64,000 nucleotides of DNA from Eledone cirrhosa (lineage: Eukaryota), in contig OZ024755.1 in the NCBI GenBank assembly GCA_964016885.1, forward strand, positions 28,086,001-28,150,000, in the 5' to 3' direction. The translations under genes and the position numbers were made by a program. The notes under the pieces are model-generated. The model did not search any database. It was not told the DNA's origin and saw only the letters and a list, made by a program, of their open reading frames with translations. Below, in pieces: positions 27,229 to 41,536 of this stretch. Each line of letters starts with the position of its first letter. The stretch's first letter is position 1.

Positions 27229-27548
27229 CTTAACATTCAGAACGTAAAGGGCCATAAATCAATGCGGCAAAGGATGGTGAGCCTGGCGCTCTAACAATAT
27301 TGCCAAATGATATTTTTTTATATGTGAATTATAGTGAGATAGAGTTAAAATAAGAGGATGTATTTTATTAAAGTGCAGTACAATTACTATGAAATATGCC
27401 AGAGGATTAAATATATCTTACCTAATCCCATTTGTTTTGTTGTCATACGGTGTATGTTGCAAAGAAAATTATAGATTTTTCTTATATATATTTTACTTTA
27501 TATATCTTATATCTCTATGTATGTATGCATACATATGTAACCCCGCCT

Positions 27549-27601
<53 letters not shown>

Positions 27602-27630
27602 TACATATGTAAACACACAAACACACACAC

Positions 27631-27724
<94 letters not shown>

Positions 27725-27811
27725 TCATATATATATATATATTCATACATATGTAAACACACAAACACACACACATGTATATATGACCCTGTATATATAT
27801 ATATATATATA

Positions 27812-28114
27812 TACAATATTAAATAAATGGAAAACTATATTTATAAAACCATATTTATTTCATTATATATATTTCGGGGATATCATATTAACAATATGCT
27901 ATGCCTTCATCAGACAAAATACAATACAATGATGAAGGCATAGCATATTGTTAATATGATATCCCCGAAATATATATAATGAAATAAATATGGTTTTATA
28001 GATATAGTTTTCCATTTATTTAATATTGTAAATATACTCCAAATATTTGTCGAGTGCTTTTATATCAGTTATAAATATTTACTAGTTGTAACCCAACAAT
28101 TTTAAATATAACTT

Positions 28115-28120
<6 letters not shown>
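27812..28120 (-). mobile_element. Penelope-like palindromic element with tail
   Basis: About 100-bp near-perfect inverted arms around an 18-nt spacer, tail 28030-28120; related pieces at 30548-30765 and 31565-31732. Confidence 0.7.
27856..27921 (-). ncRNA. Minimal hammerhead motif
   Basis: Minus: TATTTTGT-CTGATGA-AGGCATAGCATATT GTT AATATGATATCCCC-GAAA TATATA TA-ATGAAATA. Confidence 0.7.
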
Positions 28121-28154
<34 letters not shown>

Positions 28155-28157
<3 letters not shown>

Positions 28158-28333
28158 GTACGTTATTCCGGGTTGAATCGGAGGTAACCACAGTGAGTAA
28201 GGTACTCAATACATTGCAGAGTATAAAAGTTTTAATATAGATGAGATTCTACAGGACTAGAACCGTTTCATTCTTTAGAATGATTTCTAAAGAATGAAAC
28301 AGTTCTAGTCCTGTAGAATCTCATCTATATTAA

Positions 28334-28337
<4 letters not shown>
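28155..28337 (+). mobile_element. Penelope-like palindrome (53-bp arms) with tail, in (TA)n
   Basis: Arms 28228-28280 / 28285-28337; right arm reads TGA-TTTCTAAAGAAT-GAAAC AGTTCTA GTC (hammerhead lacking the start of CTGATGA). Confidence 0.7.
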
Positions 28338-28384
<47 letters not shown>

Positions 28385-28387
<3 letters not shown>

Positions 28388-28583
28388 ATAATAATAAATT
28401 TGAAGACTAAAATCCAATGAGGGTTCGATAAGGATAACTATATATCAAATATATAAGAACCGTAGAGCAAATATTTATTAAAATAACAGATTAAAGTTTA
28501 AGCAAACAATCGCTGCTTTCACCCTTAACGGGGTCTTCTGACACTAACCGATTCTTTGCTTAAACTTTAATCTGTTATTTTAA

Positions 28584-28590
<7 letters not shown>
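28385..28590. mobile_element. Penelope-like inverted-repeat element in (TA)n
   Basis: 36-bp inverted arms; spacer on minus strand reads CAGAAGA-CCCCGTTAAGGGT-GAAA (degenerate HHR). Confidence 0.55.
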
Positions 28591-28620
<30 letters not shown>

Positions 28621-28924
28621 ATTTATGTATATATTCATATGTATATATATATTTATATATATATTCATATTTATATGTATATTTATATATGTATATATCC
28701 ATATGTATATATATATATTTATATATATGTATATACTTATATGTATGTCTATTTATGTATATATTCATATGTATATATATATATTTATATAGATGTATAT
28801 ATTTATATATATATTCATATTTATATGTATATTTATATATGTATATATCCATATGTATATATATATATTTATATATATATATATATATATATTCATATAT
28901 ATGTATGTATTCATATATATATAC

Positions 28925-29005
<81 letters not shown>

Positions 29006-29077
29006 GATATTGCATCTTGTATATATTTATTTATATATATGCATATATGTATATATTTATTGATATATAAATACATA

Positions 29078-29154
<77 letters not shown>

Positions 29155-29565
29155 ATCGATATCGATTAGCTATCAACCCGCACACCATGTTTATTTATCA
29201 TGTCAATGCAATCGAGGAATTATACATTTTATACATTGTTGCTTTGTTTCTTATTAACGCGTGTCAGGAAATTGTCATTAATACTGTTGTGATAGCCCTT
29301 TCAACAGGACCACCCAATGTGCCAACATTATGAAACCGAGTTCGTATGCTATCGATTAAAATAGAAACGAATGGCTAATATCATGCCATCGGCAAATATA
29401 TTAAAATTGAAGCAGTTCAGACCAACTACTTGTGCAGCTTTACGATGAGCAGAGTAATCCGGTCTGCAGTACGTATATCAATTAAGTTTCAGGTTTAGCA
29501 GACTGCTCATTAAATTGTCGTGCTGTTTGTCATTGTAGTAAACCATCAGTTGTGTCCACTCAAAT

Positions 29566-29890
29566 AATTGTTTCTACTTTAGGCACAAGGCCCGCAATTA
29601 CCCAGTGCATTACTGGTACTTTATTTCATCGACTCCGTAAGGATGAAAGGCAAAGTTAACCTCGGCGGGATTTGAACTCAGATCGTAAAGGGACGTAACT
29701 ATATGCTTCAAAGCATGGCGTCCGACCCTCTACTCAAATAATTGTTTCTACTTTTGGCACAAGGCCAGCAATTATTCCAGTATATTACTGGTACTTTATT
29801 TTATCGACCCCGTAAGGATGAAAGGCAAAGTTAACCGTGGCGGGATTTGAACTCAGTTCAAGCATGGCCCTCTACCGATACTGCCAAATG
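29566..29890 (-). mobile_element. Two tandem SINEs
   Basis: Copy 29566-29735 with TSD ACTCAAATAAT sits at the tail of copy 29739-29890. Confidence 0.9.
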
Positions 29891-30206
29891 GACAATTATT
29901 TAGTTCTTAATTCCAGAAAAAAGAAATTAGCCACAACCTGTTAATTTGGATGAATTTTTGAATCGTAGTTACGCAAAAAAAATTAATGGATCAGGTAATC
30001 CTTGACAATATGTCACTTCTCAACTGGAACGCCTTCACATGTATCCTAGAGTTTGCCTCACGTGCTGATAAACTGCTAAACAATTACAAGAGCGGCCATC
30101 ACAACAATCAACATCCGGATTTGTCTGCACTGTGTCGACTATAATTTAGATGTGTCTATTTTTGCCAGGATATTGCAATTAAAACGAAATATTGAAACAC
30201 ATACAA

Positions 30207-30316
<110 letters not shown>

Positions 30317-30461
30317 CATGTTCTTAGAATTATTACATAAACATTTTATCTAATAATTCTAAGGACATGATTTATGATATATTGCTCTGATTATTTAATT
30401 TATTAATTCTGCATTGAGCCACATCGTGACCGGTTGCCACATATATATCTGTGACTTTATT

Positions 30462-30541
<80 letters not shown>

Positions 30542-30760
30542 ATTAGCAATATTAATAAATATTAATAAATGGAAAATATCTTTATAATACCATATTTATT
30601 TTAATACACGTATTTCGTATACGTATAATAAAATACATACGGTATTATATTATCCAATAGTGTTAATATTAATAATACACCAGATAGACAATGTAGAGTG
30701 CTTGGAATCTGTTACAAATTAACTCTGTTGAATAATAATCAACAAACCATATAGCTCATT

Positions 30761-30796
<36 letters not shown>

Positions 30797-30851
30797 GGAG
30801 GGGGGGTTCCGTGACCTTTATACACTGGTCAGACACATATATATACATATT

Positions 30852-30887
<36 letters not shown>

Positions 30888-31032
30888 CACAGGCAGACAC
30901 ACAATTAGAAACTCTTCCTATTTAGCAGGAAATATGCGCTACACATATAGGTACAGTAAGGTTGCATTCGATTCTTTGAAGTCACATGTAAATTTTTCAT
31001 TCAAGAACACCACCAGCTCTCTTTATCTTCCA

Positions 31033-31211
<179 letters not shown>

Positions 31212-31520
31212 ATATATATATCCCCATCCCTCTCAATCTACTCTGTCACAACCACTGTCTCTTTCTCTCGATCTGTTATTCTAACTATTTATGAAGGTAC
31301 CCGGACAAAACCCGTATCTCGGCAACATGTGCTCCGATTTAAGCGAAACATGTTTTATTCCATTTGTATTCCCATTTCAGAGTGAACATCCTTTCAAAGT
31401 ATATTCCCATTATGCGCCGTGTTGGCTGCATTGAATTAGAAACAAGCACACAAGCACAGAGCTTCAGTAGTATATATATCACCTCCTGTGAACGTACAGT
31501 AACTTCGCGTTACACTTCCT

Positions 31521-31564
<44 letters not shown>

Positions 31565-31728
31565 TTGAAATATATATCCTTGAAATATGTATAATGAAAT
31601 AAATATGGTTTTATAAATATAGTTTCCATTTGTTAATATCGTATATCTACTCCAAATACTTGTCGAGTGCTTTATATCAGTTATAAAAATATTTGCTTGT
31701 TGTATCCCAACAATTTAAATAGAACTTT

Positions 31729-31763
<35 letters not shown>

Positions 31764-31764
31764 T

Positions 31765-31799
<35 letters not shown>

Positions 31800-32224
31800 T
31801 TATTTATTTGTGTGTATATATATGTATGTACGTATGTAGGCATATAGGTCAAATTCTCTCATCGACCTGTCATAGAACCACATGATTGTTATATATCGTT
31901 ATATTTTCATATAATGATAAAATAAACATATGTTCAAAAATTCGAGGCCCTCAAAGGTTACGTACTTATATGTGTGCCAGAATAAATGCAGCAAGGCCCG
32001 GTAGCCCTGCTTTAATGACAGTTAGAAAACAAATTTTGTGGTGTCTCCGTTAGTGCTGGCCTGGAGGTAATGATAATCTGATAACCACCATATAAATCTT
32101 CACCAGTGAACTATTTTATCTCCCATTCATTACTAGGACGAATGTTCAGTGAGATAAAGAAATTTGGAAGCCAACATATTCGTTCTTAATTTATATATCT
32201 TCTGAAAAACAGGCTATAATGGCT

Positions 32225-32431
32225 TCAGGTTTAGGCACAAGACCAGCAATTTTGGGGAAGAGAAAGTCGATTAAATCGACGCCAATGCATTACTGGTACT
32301 TTATTTTATCGATCCCGTAAGGATGAAGGGCAAAGCTAACCTCGGTAGGATTTGAACTCAGAATGTAAAGGGCCGTAACTGTACGCAGCTAAGCATGTTG
32401 TTCGACGCTCTACTGATTGCGCCAATCCACG
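32225..32431 (-). mobile_element. SINE, older long variant
   Basis: Consensus plus GGGGAAGAGAAAGTCGATTAAATCGAC segment. Confidence 0.85.
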
Positions 32432-32524
32432 AAGGCAATAACGAAGAAAAATATATAAACAAATCCGAACAAAAATAAGAGTAAAAAAAAAAAAAAATGA
32501 ATGAAGAGGCGAGCTTGAGTAGAA

Positions 32525-33320
32525 GTTGATACACGTACTTGATATAGATGAGGGTGATGATGATGATGGTTGTGATGGTTCTGGTGCTTGTGGTGGTGGT
32601 GGTGGTGGTGGTGATGTCGATGGTGGTGTTCTTGGTGGTGGTGGTGGTAGTAGTGATCGTCGTGATGGGTGGGAGATGATACACGTACTTGATATAGATG
32701 ACGGTGATGATGATGATGGTTGTGATGGTTCTGGTGCTTGTGGTGGTGGTGGTGGTGATGTCGATGGTGGTGTTCTAAGTGGTGGTGATGGTGGTAGTAG
32801 TGGTAGTAGTGATCGTCGTGATGGGTGGGAGATGATACACGTACTTGATATAGATGAGGGTGATGATGATGATGATGATGGTTGTTTGATGGTGGTGTTG
32901 TTGTTGGTGGTGTTGTTGTCGTTGTTGTTGATGCCGTCGTTGTTGTTGTTGTTGTTGGTAATAATTGTTTATACTTTTGGCACAAGGCCAGCAATTACCC
33001 AAGTGCATTACTGGTACCTTATTGTGGCATTGTTGGTAACAATAATGGTGGTGATGGTTCAGAGAGGAAATACGTACCTGTTATGGATACGGGTGATGAT
33101 GATGATAATGATGATGATGATGATGATGATGGTTGTGGTGGTGGTGGTGTTGTTGATTTTGCTTGTGGTGGTGGTGGTGGTGGTGGTGGTGGTGGTGGTG
33201 ATGATGTTGTCGATGGTGTTTGTTGTTGTTGTTGTCGTTGTAGTTGTTGTTGGTAGTGGTGGTAATAGTGGTCGTGAAGGGGGGGTCGGAGATGCAACAC
33301 GTACCTGATATGGATAAGGG

Positions 33321-33352
<32 letters not shown>

Positions 33353-33480
33353 GCGGTGATGATGTTGGTTGTGTTGGTGATGTTGATAGCGAAGGTGGTG
33401 GTGGTGGTGGTGGTGGTGGTGTTAATGATGGTGGTGATGGTGGTGGAGGAATTAATGGTAGCGGTGGCGCTGTTGTTAGT
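32525..33480. repeat. GGT/GAT/GTT-rich higher-order tandem repeat (about 150-230 bp units, 5 copies)
   Basis: Anchor GATACACGTACTTGATATAGATGA at about 32528, 32678 and 32834, diverged at about 33070 and 33295; SINE tail fragment at 32960-33020. Confidence 0.85.
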
Positions 33481-33695
33481 GGCTACGCTTCAGAACATTT
33501 CAGAAAAAAATTTTTTTTTAGAAGAATAATGAGGGGGGGGGGGGGAGGGGGAGGTGTCGATGAAAAAGAAGAATGAGAAGAAAGAAAGAAAGAAAACAGT
33601 GAAATAATAATAATAATAATAACAATAACAACAACAATAATGAAAATATCAAATAAATAGAATAAAATAATAATAAGTATTATTATTATTATTAT

Positions 33696-33738
<43 letters not shown>

Positions 33739-33759
33739 TGTAGAGGTGGAGTAGGAATA

Positions 33760-33791
<32 letters not shown>

Positions 33792-34102
33792 TGTAGTATA
33801 AGGAGGAGGCGGACGATGAAGATGATAATGAGAAATAAGAGGAGAAAGAGGAGATGAAGAAGAGGGAGGAGAGCAAGAAGAGGAAGAAGAAGAAGAAAAA
33901 GAAGAAGAAGAAAAACAACAACAACAACATGAGAAATAGCAGAAATATCATAAGGCTATAAAAAAATCAAAATAAAAAAAAAATCAACATAGTACGAGAA
34001 AAACAATTGTAAGAAGTATTTAGGAGTAAGTACAGAAGGGGTTTGGGGGAGAAAGCATGAGAATGTGGGGTAGGAGATTACTGAGGAGGAAATGGTTGGG
34101 GG

Positions 34103-34891
34103 TGCTAAAGATATTTGCCCTAGCTACCATTACGAAACAACCAACAACAATTCCTCCCCGACCTTGCTAGTCCGCAGTGACGTTTCTACACCCAGCAGCC
34201 CAGCTACACCACACCATACAACAACTTCTCTACTAGATTTTCTCCCCTCCAACCCGCCCCTGAAAACACTCTAACCTTTTCACTCACCATGTACATTGCA
34301 GAAATATCATTCCAGTTTCTGTTGTTTTTGTTGTAGTCATGATTGTTTTTCTTTATTGTTGCTAAAGATATTTGCCCTAGCTACCATTACGAAACAACCA
34401 AACAACAATTCCTCCCCGACCTTGCTAGTCCGCAGTGACGTTTCTACACCCAGCAAGCCCAGCTACACCACACCATACAACAACTTCTCTACTAGATTTC
34501 CCCCACCCCCACACCCACCCCACCCCTGAAAACACTCTAACCTTCTCACTCACCATGTACATTGCAGAAATATCATTTCAGTTTCTGTTGTTTTTGTTGT
34601 AGTCGTGATTGTTTTTCTTTATTGTTGCTAAAGATATTTGCCCTAGCTACCATTACGAAACAACCAAACAACAATTCCTCCCCGACCTTGCTAGTCCGCA
34701 GTGACGTTTCTACACCCAGCAAGCCCAGCTACACCACACCATACAACAACTTCTCTACTAGATTTCCCCCACCCCCGCACCCACCCCACCCCTGAAAACA
34801 CTCTAACCTTCTCACTCACCATGTACATTGCAGAAATATCATTTCAGTTTCTGTTGTTTTTGTTGTAGTCGTGATTGTTTTTCTTTATTGT
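34103..34891. repeat. About 260-bp tandem repeat, 3 copies
   Basis: Units start at TGCTAAAGATATTTGCCC at 34103, 34360 and 34626; copies 2 and 3 nearly identical. Confidence 0.95.
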
Positions 34892-35258
34892 TCATATGAG
34901 GAACTCTCTGGCTTCTATTCTATTCATGTTGGCTTCTTCTCAAGAATTTTCCAAGATTTTCCAAGACTTATATAGCTTAGAACGTGAAGGAAAGTTGATA
35001 GCAGAATGAAAAGATAAATAAAAGAAAAAGAGAGAAAAGAAGAAAAAGTATGAGCAGTGAAAATAGAGACAAATATTAGATTGAGGGAGGGTTTATAAAC
35101 AAAAGAAAAAGAGAGTAATACAAAGAGAGAGAGTTTGGAAAGAGAAAGCGAGAGGGAGAGAGGGAGAGTGTGAGAGAGAGAGAGGGATGGATAGAGAGAA
35201 ATTAGACGAAAAGAGGAATGAATAATGAAAGAAGGAATGAAAGCAAGAATCGTAGCAT

Positions 35259-35373
<115 letters not shown>

Positions 35374-35435
35374 TATGTATGTATATATACGTATACAGTT
35401 ATATATATATATATATATTCATATATATATATATA

Positions 35436-35499
<64 letters not shown>

Positions 35500-35535
35500 T
35501 ATATATATATATATATATATTCATATATATATATA

Positions 35536-35617
<82 letters not shown>

Positions 35618-35649
35618 TATATATATATATATATTCATATATATATATA

Positions 35650-35685
<36 letters not shown>

Positions 35686-35718
35686 TATATATATATTCAT
35701 ATATATATATATATATTC

Positions 35719-35750
<32 letters not shown>

Positions 35751-35888
35751 ATATTCATATATATATATATATTTATATATATATATATATTCATATATGT
35801 GTATATATATTCATACATATGTATATATATTCATACATATGTATATGTATATATATTCATACATATGTATATGTATATATTTTCTTAC

Positions 35889-35948
<60 letters not shown>

Positions 35949-35950
<2 letters not shown>

Positions 35951-36055
35951 CGAATGAAGAACATAACGCACCAGAGTGCTCAATACTTAGGGTAGTAGAG
36001 TGGGTAATAGGAAGATATTTAACCCCGACGTAAGAGCTCAAGCCGTTTCAAAACA
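35949..36055. mobile_element. Partial copy of the 53378-53570 Penelope-like family
   Basis: CATAACGCACCAGAGTGCTCAATACTTAGGGTAGTAGAGTGGGTAA...CTCAAGCCGTTTC. Confidence 0.75.
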
Positions 36056-36148
36056 TATGTTTGTATATGTATGTATGTATATATATATTTATCTCTATCT
36101 CTCTCCCCCCCCTCTCTCTCTCTCTCTCTCTCGCTCTCTCTCTCTCTA

Positions 36149-36186
<38 letters not shown>

Positions 36187-36239
36187 CATATATATATTTC
36201 TCCCTGTATTCATATATATATATATATATTTCTCCCTGT

Positions 36240-36283
<44 letters not shown>

Positions 36284-36290
<7 letters not shown>

Positions 36291-36662
36291 GGATATAATG
36301 CTCTGAAATAGCGATATATATGTGAAGACAAACATAGAATATTCGAAAATATTCTGTATGTTTATAATAAACATTTTGAAGACCCAATCGCTATAGAATA
36401 GAATACGTCACGTATTACAATTTGGGATTCTCTAGCTGTGTCATTCTCGATAAAAGCATTGGATATGTAATCCTGATGATTTCTAATAAGAATGAAACGC
36501 GTAGGTTACTTCCCTTGCTTTTATCGAGAATCCCAAATTGTAATACGTGACGTATTCTATTCTATAGCGATTGGGTCTTCAAAATGTTTATTATAAACAT
36601 ACAGAATATTTTCGAATATTCTATGTTTGTCTTCATATATATATATGAAAACAGGGAGAAAA
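36284..36662 (+). mobile_element. Penelope-like inverted-repeat element
   Basis: About 115-bp perfect inverted arms (36314-36432 / 36526-36644) enclosing an intact hammerhead. Confidence 0.75.
36467..36509 (+). ncRNA. Minimal type-I hammerhead ribozyme motif
   Basis: GTAATC-CTGATGA-T TTCT AATA AGAA T-GAAA CGCG TA-GGTTAC; palindromic ACGCGT stem III; predicted cleavage after A36503. Confidence 0.85.
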
Positions 36663-36828
36663 AGACGATCATTAGGAAGAAAAATATATTTTTTTCCCTT
36701 TTTCTTTCTTTCTTTCTTTTTTTTCAGGGTTAGAAAATGATTAAAACGAAATATTTTACTTTGTGTAAAATATGATTTATTTATTAATTAACAATATATG
36801 TGTATATATATATATATATAGATGTGTG

Positions 36829-36919
<91 letters not shown>

Positions 36920-37222
36920 ATATATATGTATATATATATGTGTATATATATATATATGTGTATATATATATATGTATATATATACATATATATATGTGTA
37001 TATATATATGTGTATATATATATATATATATATGTTTATATGTATATATATATGTGTATATTTATATGTTTATATATATATATATGTATATATATATATG
37101 TTTATATATATATATGTTTATATATATATATATGTGTATATATATATGTGTGTATATATATATATGTGTATATATATATATGTTTATATATATATATATG
37201 TGTGTATATATATATATGTGTG

Positions 37223-37253
<31 letters not shown>

Positions 37254-37416
37254 GTGTATATATATATATATGTGTGTGTGTATATATATATGTGTGTATA
37301 TATATGTGTATATATATATATATATGTGTATATATATGTGTATATATATATATATGTGTATATATATATATGTGTATATATATATGTGTGTATATATATA
37401 TGTGCGTATATATATA

Positions 37417-37542
37417 GCTTTTATAGTGAGCAAAGGCACTGCACAAAGCCAGTCCCACTCTCTTAACCAAGATAATATTTACCAAAAAGAAGAACAAGTC
37501 AACATCATCGGATACCATCAGGGTTGCAGGTGTTATATCAGA
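37417..37542 (+). repeat. Unclassified dispersed repeat (about 130 bp)
   Basis: Diverged inverted copy at 42910-43040 (TGCAC..AGCCA.TCCCACTCTCT...GCAGGT.TTATATCAG). Confidence 0.6.
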
Positions 37543-37544
37543 GT

Positions 37545-37797
37545 TTACCTTCTCCTAGAATTCTGCCTTGACAAAGGCTAAGGGGTCATCTCTCCCAGTG
37601 ATTTTGGATGGCCATTGACTCTTAAAAGCCCCTTTGCCCTTTGACAGGTTTTGTTTTTAGTCCTGCAGGATGTCCAAAGTCACCCTCCTCACCAAGAAAC
37701 CTTGGTGGGGTTGCCAGTTTAGTCGCCAACGACCCGACCATGAGACAGGTTGTACTGGGATACATGTTACCAGTAGCACCAACTGGTGACCTGACAT
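37545..37797 (-). mobile_element. RTE-type LINE 5'-UTR-derived repeat
   Basis: GC-rich; minus GGGTCGTTGGCGACTAAACTGGCAACCCC...GGTGAGGAGGGTG...TAAAAACAAAACC resembles RTE 5' ends (from recall, not searched). Confidence 0.5.
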
Positions 37798-37868
37798 ATA
37801 CCATATATACATATAATTGTATATATACGCACACATATACATATATATATACACATATATATATATAT

Positions 37869-37927
<59 letters not shown>

Positions 37928-37944
37928 TATATATATATATATAA

Positions 37945-38026
<82 letters not shown>

Positions 38027-38209
38027 ACACATATATATATATATATCAACACATATATATATATATATATCAACACATATATATATATACACATATATAT
38101 ATATATACACACATATATATATACATATACACACACATATATATACATGGCACAGGCATTGCTTTATATCTGGAGATCACTCTGCACTTATCGTCACATG
38201 GTACCATGG

Positions 38210-38365
38210 GCCCAGCACTATGTGTCAATAATTGTCACAAGTGTAGTGTTTGTACCAGAGTTTTCAAGTCGCTGGCTGGCTAAAAAGTCACACTCGTTCA
38301 GCGCATCGGTAGGGGTTCTCCTACATGGATATAAAGTAGTGGCCCTATTCGAAAGTGAGTTGGCA

Positions 38366-38372
<7 letters not shown>
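38210..38372 (+). mobile_element. RTE (BovB-like) LINE 3' tip
   Basis: [15 protein letters not shown](frameshift)[10 protein letters not shown] terminal C2H2 motif plus a short 3' UTR ending GCAGCCATCAT. Confidence 0.6.
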
Positions 38373-38442
<70 letters not shown>

Positions 38443-39734
38443 AGGAGATGAAGAAGTAGGCAGACTACATTTTGTACTACATTATATTTGTAAATATACT
38501 GTATTATATAATTGTTGTCGAATGTGTCATTTCAAGTGTCACTCGTCTCAAGAAGAGCAGGTGAATAAGCGCGGTAAGACGCACAAGGAAAATAAACCTG
38601 TTCTCTCTGACATCACTAAAATATCCGACGAATTTGTACTGAGAAAAGCTTTTGTTGAAGACATCTTTGAAATGTTGATAATGGCTTTCTTGTTTATTTC
38701 TACTTCTTTCTGTTGCCTGATCCATTACACTTTTTTGTTTATTTCCTTATGAGTTACTATTAGCTGTTTATTTTTTGGGGTGTTATTACTACTGTTGCTC
38801 ATTTGTTTCTTGTGGGTGTTTGAATGTGTGTATGTGTGTGCGTGTCCGTGCTTTTATGTGTGTGGTTGATATATTGTTTAGAGTTGTTTTGCTTTCGTGT
38901 TCCATGTATTGTTTTCGTATGATTTGCATTACATTGCATAATAATTATTTCTTATGCAACTTGGAAGATTATATATGGAATTCTTAGCTTTCTAATATAA
39001 AGAAACATCGGCATTCTCTGCCCAAATAAGAACAGGAGCATTGATCTATTTTAAAGAATTCAACGACAGCATGATAATGAAGACCTGAGAACTGAATAAG
39101 GAGTATACAATAAACAAAAAAAAAAACACCAAGCAACGTTGACAAGAATATTCTTACGTGGAATCCCCAAGGAAAGCAGGGTAGCTGTCAGTGATGATGT
39201 ATTTAGTATTGGTTAGTACTGTAGGATGAAAGAAAGGCGATATACACAGGGAATGATTTATAATGCGTAACGTTGTTGAGGATTAAGTGGCTAATCTTGT
39301 CAGTCTTAAATCTTCGTGAGGAGTATGGGAAAATATTTGAAAATGTGTAAAAGGCTTAAAAAGCCAATAAACATACTAGAATTAGTCTATGAAAACTTAC
39401 TAATATCATATCCATTTGTTTCGTATGAGGAAAAGGGTACAATTAAATTTATATCTGCATTCACCCAAAACAAATATGATGCTTACAACCAGAATACCTT
39501 TGACTGTAGGTTTTCCTAATCCTTTTTAATCTGAAGCTAAACAGCATATATCATCGAAATATATTTTAAATGTTTCTATGAAGATATTACCAGATTGTCA
39601 GATTGTCATGAATGAAAAACACAGTTACAATATCATGAAAGTTGTCCAAGTTCCAATTTTGACATTACAGTCTATGAATAAAGTGATTCCATTCTGAGAT
39701 TGCCACCGGTTCAAACTTGGATAACTTGGATATA

Positions 39735-40339
39735 CAGTAATCCCCCGTTGATTGCGGCGGATACGTTCCAGAACCAACCACGATTAATGAAAATCCGCGA
39801 TATAGAGAGACCATAAAGACAGCTGTTGTTTTCATAGTAAAAGCCTTAAAATACTTCTACACGCTTTAAGTACATATAAACTCATTTAAACACCAAAAGC
39901 AGCCAGTAACGATCGTATACAAAACTACCATCACCGATCATACCACTCGTTACCAATGACGACCATTACCAGCCACGTTAGCCACTTGGTAATACACTGC
40001 ACATCTCCTGTCACTATATCGAGAATTTGTAGTAGATTAGAGAAAAACACAATCAGGAAAACAGTAATGGAATGAAAAATAAAAACATTTTTTCATAGCT
40101 AAAGCCTTAAGATATCACTTCCTTACGCTATACACTTCAATCACATCGAAACTTAAGTTTACATTTTAAACACTTTTTACTCAGACGTACGTACCGCAAT
40201 AAGAAAATAGATATTTTCTAACGAAAAATACGCGATATAGCGAGGATTACCGCGATAGAAAATTAGATACATTCCAAAGAAAAATTCGCAATGAAGCGGG
40301 CCCACGAAAAGTGAACTGTGATATAACGGGGGATTACTG
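39735..40339. mobile_element. pogo/Tigger-type MITE (605 bp)
   Basis: Perfect 15-bp TIR CAGTAATCCCCCGTT / AACGGGGGATTACTG with TA TSD. Confidence 0.9.
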
Positions 40340-40437
40340 TACTAACTTTAAAATGAGTAACCAATACAGATTGTATTATGCCTAAAGTTATGTACATATA
40401 GCTGTCACAATATATGGTAATCTCCTATTTAATTTAT

Positions 40438-40890
40438 CTTCTTGTGACGCTAAACTCCGCCAGTTGCAGACTGCGCTTCTACATGAGATATATCTCTACA
40501 CAAAGTTCGATCACCAGCAGCAGAGTTCAAAGAGCAAAAATCAAGTCCATTCCATAAGTTAACATTGTGAAGCCAACGTTTTGGCTGCCGGCCTCTGCCT
40601 CTCCTACCAGGAATAACCTACTCACACCACGAGTTGATCTTTTTATATGACCGTATAGTTTGAGTATTCTTCACTTGACAATTGATGTAATTGGTGTAAG
40701 TTTGGTAATGTTGAGTAACTCACTGATACAGATACGGTCGCTGAGCCGCTTGCCAGTCATAAGTCTCATGATGTGGTTCTGGAATGTAGGCAGCTTCTGA
40801 AGTGACCTTGTCGTCCAATTAATACAATCAACACCATATAACACAACTGGTAGGATGTAAGTATCAAAGATCTTAGCCTTCAAATTAATG
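40438..40890 (-). mobile_element. RTE-clade LINE 3' fragment
   Basis: KAKIFDTYILPVVLYGVDCINW...FQNHIMR...KLYGHIKR...RRGRGRQPKRW. Confidence 0.85.
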
Positions 40891-41173
40891 TATATATATC
40901 CATAAATATAGGTAAACGCTTTCTATTCCTATTCTGGGGACACTAACCAAACAACGGTATATAAATGTCATATCGTTAACAAACGCATAATGTTTAAGAT
41001 GTATATTTATTCGAGGAAACTAAAAACCCACTGTTCATTCAAGAAAGTGTCTTGTAATTATTGGCCTTGACTGATGTCATTCTCGCCAATAGAATTGTGG
41101 GTAATCGATAATTGGTTCATTGGAAACATGTTGTAAACGGCGCTATATTTCAGAAAATCGCATTCATTAACAA

Positions 41174-41536
41174 CTAGCTGCAGAACCCGCTAATAGCCGG
41201 GAAAGGTGGAATTATTCGCAGTTCCCACAGTGTGCCTGAAAATGTTAGCGACACAGGGTGCCCATACTGGATTTTCAATAGCAACTTTTGTCAGGTGTGT
41301 TTATGGCAGATCAATGTTTTTGTGTGGAACTATCTATAGCTGTTTAAGTCATAAGTCCTTCTTCCATTGTAAAGATGTCGCTAGGGGTTCCATTATTGAT
41401 TTTTATGGAAATCCTATTAGCCAGTGATGTTTCTGAATATTAGCTTAACATATGTGTAAAGTTTCATCAGGATCGGATCACTGGTGTAGGCGCCAACTTG
41501 TTATACACAAACAGAGATTGCCATTTATATAGTAGA
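41174..41536 (-). mobile_element. Non-autonomous Helitron
   Basis: Minus: 5' TC(TACTATATAAA), subterminal hairpin CCCGGCTATTAGCGGG, 3' CTAG; inserted between A and T. Confidence 0.85.

Noticed and set aside
32358-33576. Gly/Asp-, His- and Thr-rich ORFs up to 260 aa
   Set aside because: Trinucleotide low-complexity repeat open in several frames on both strands and interrupted by a SINE fragment; no splice or domain evidence.
38500-38760. Possible Penelope GIY-YIG C-terminus remnant on the minus strand
   Set aside because: Requires several frameshifts and has no clean HHR core.
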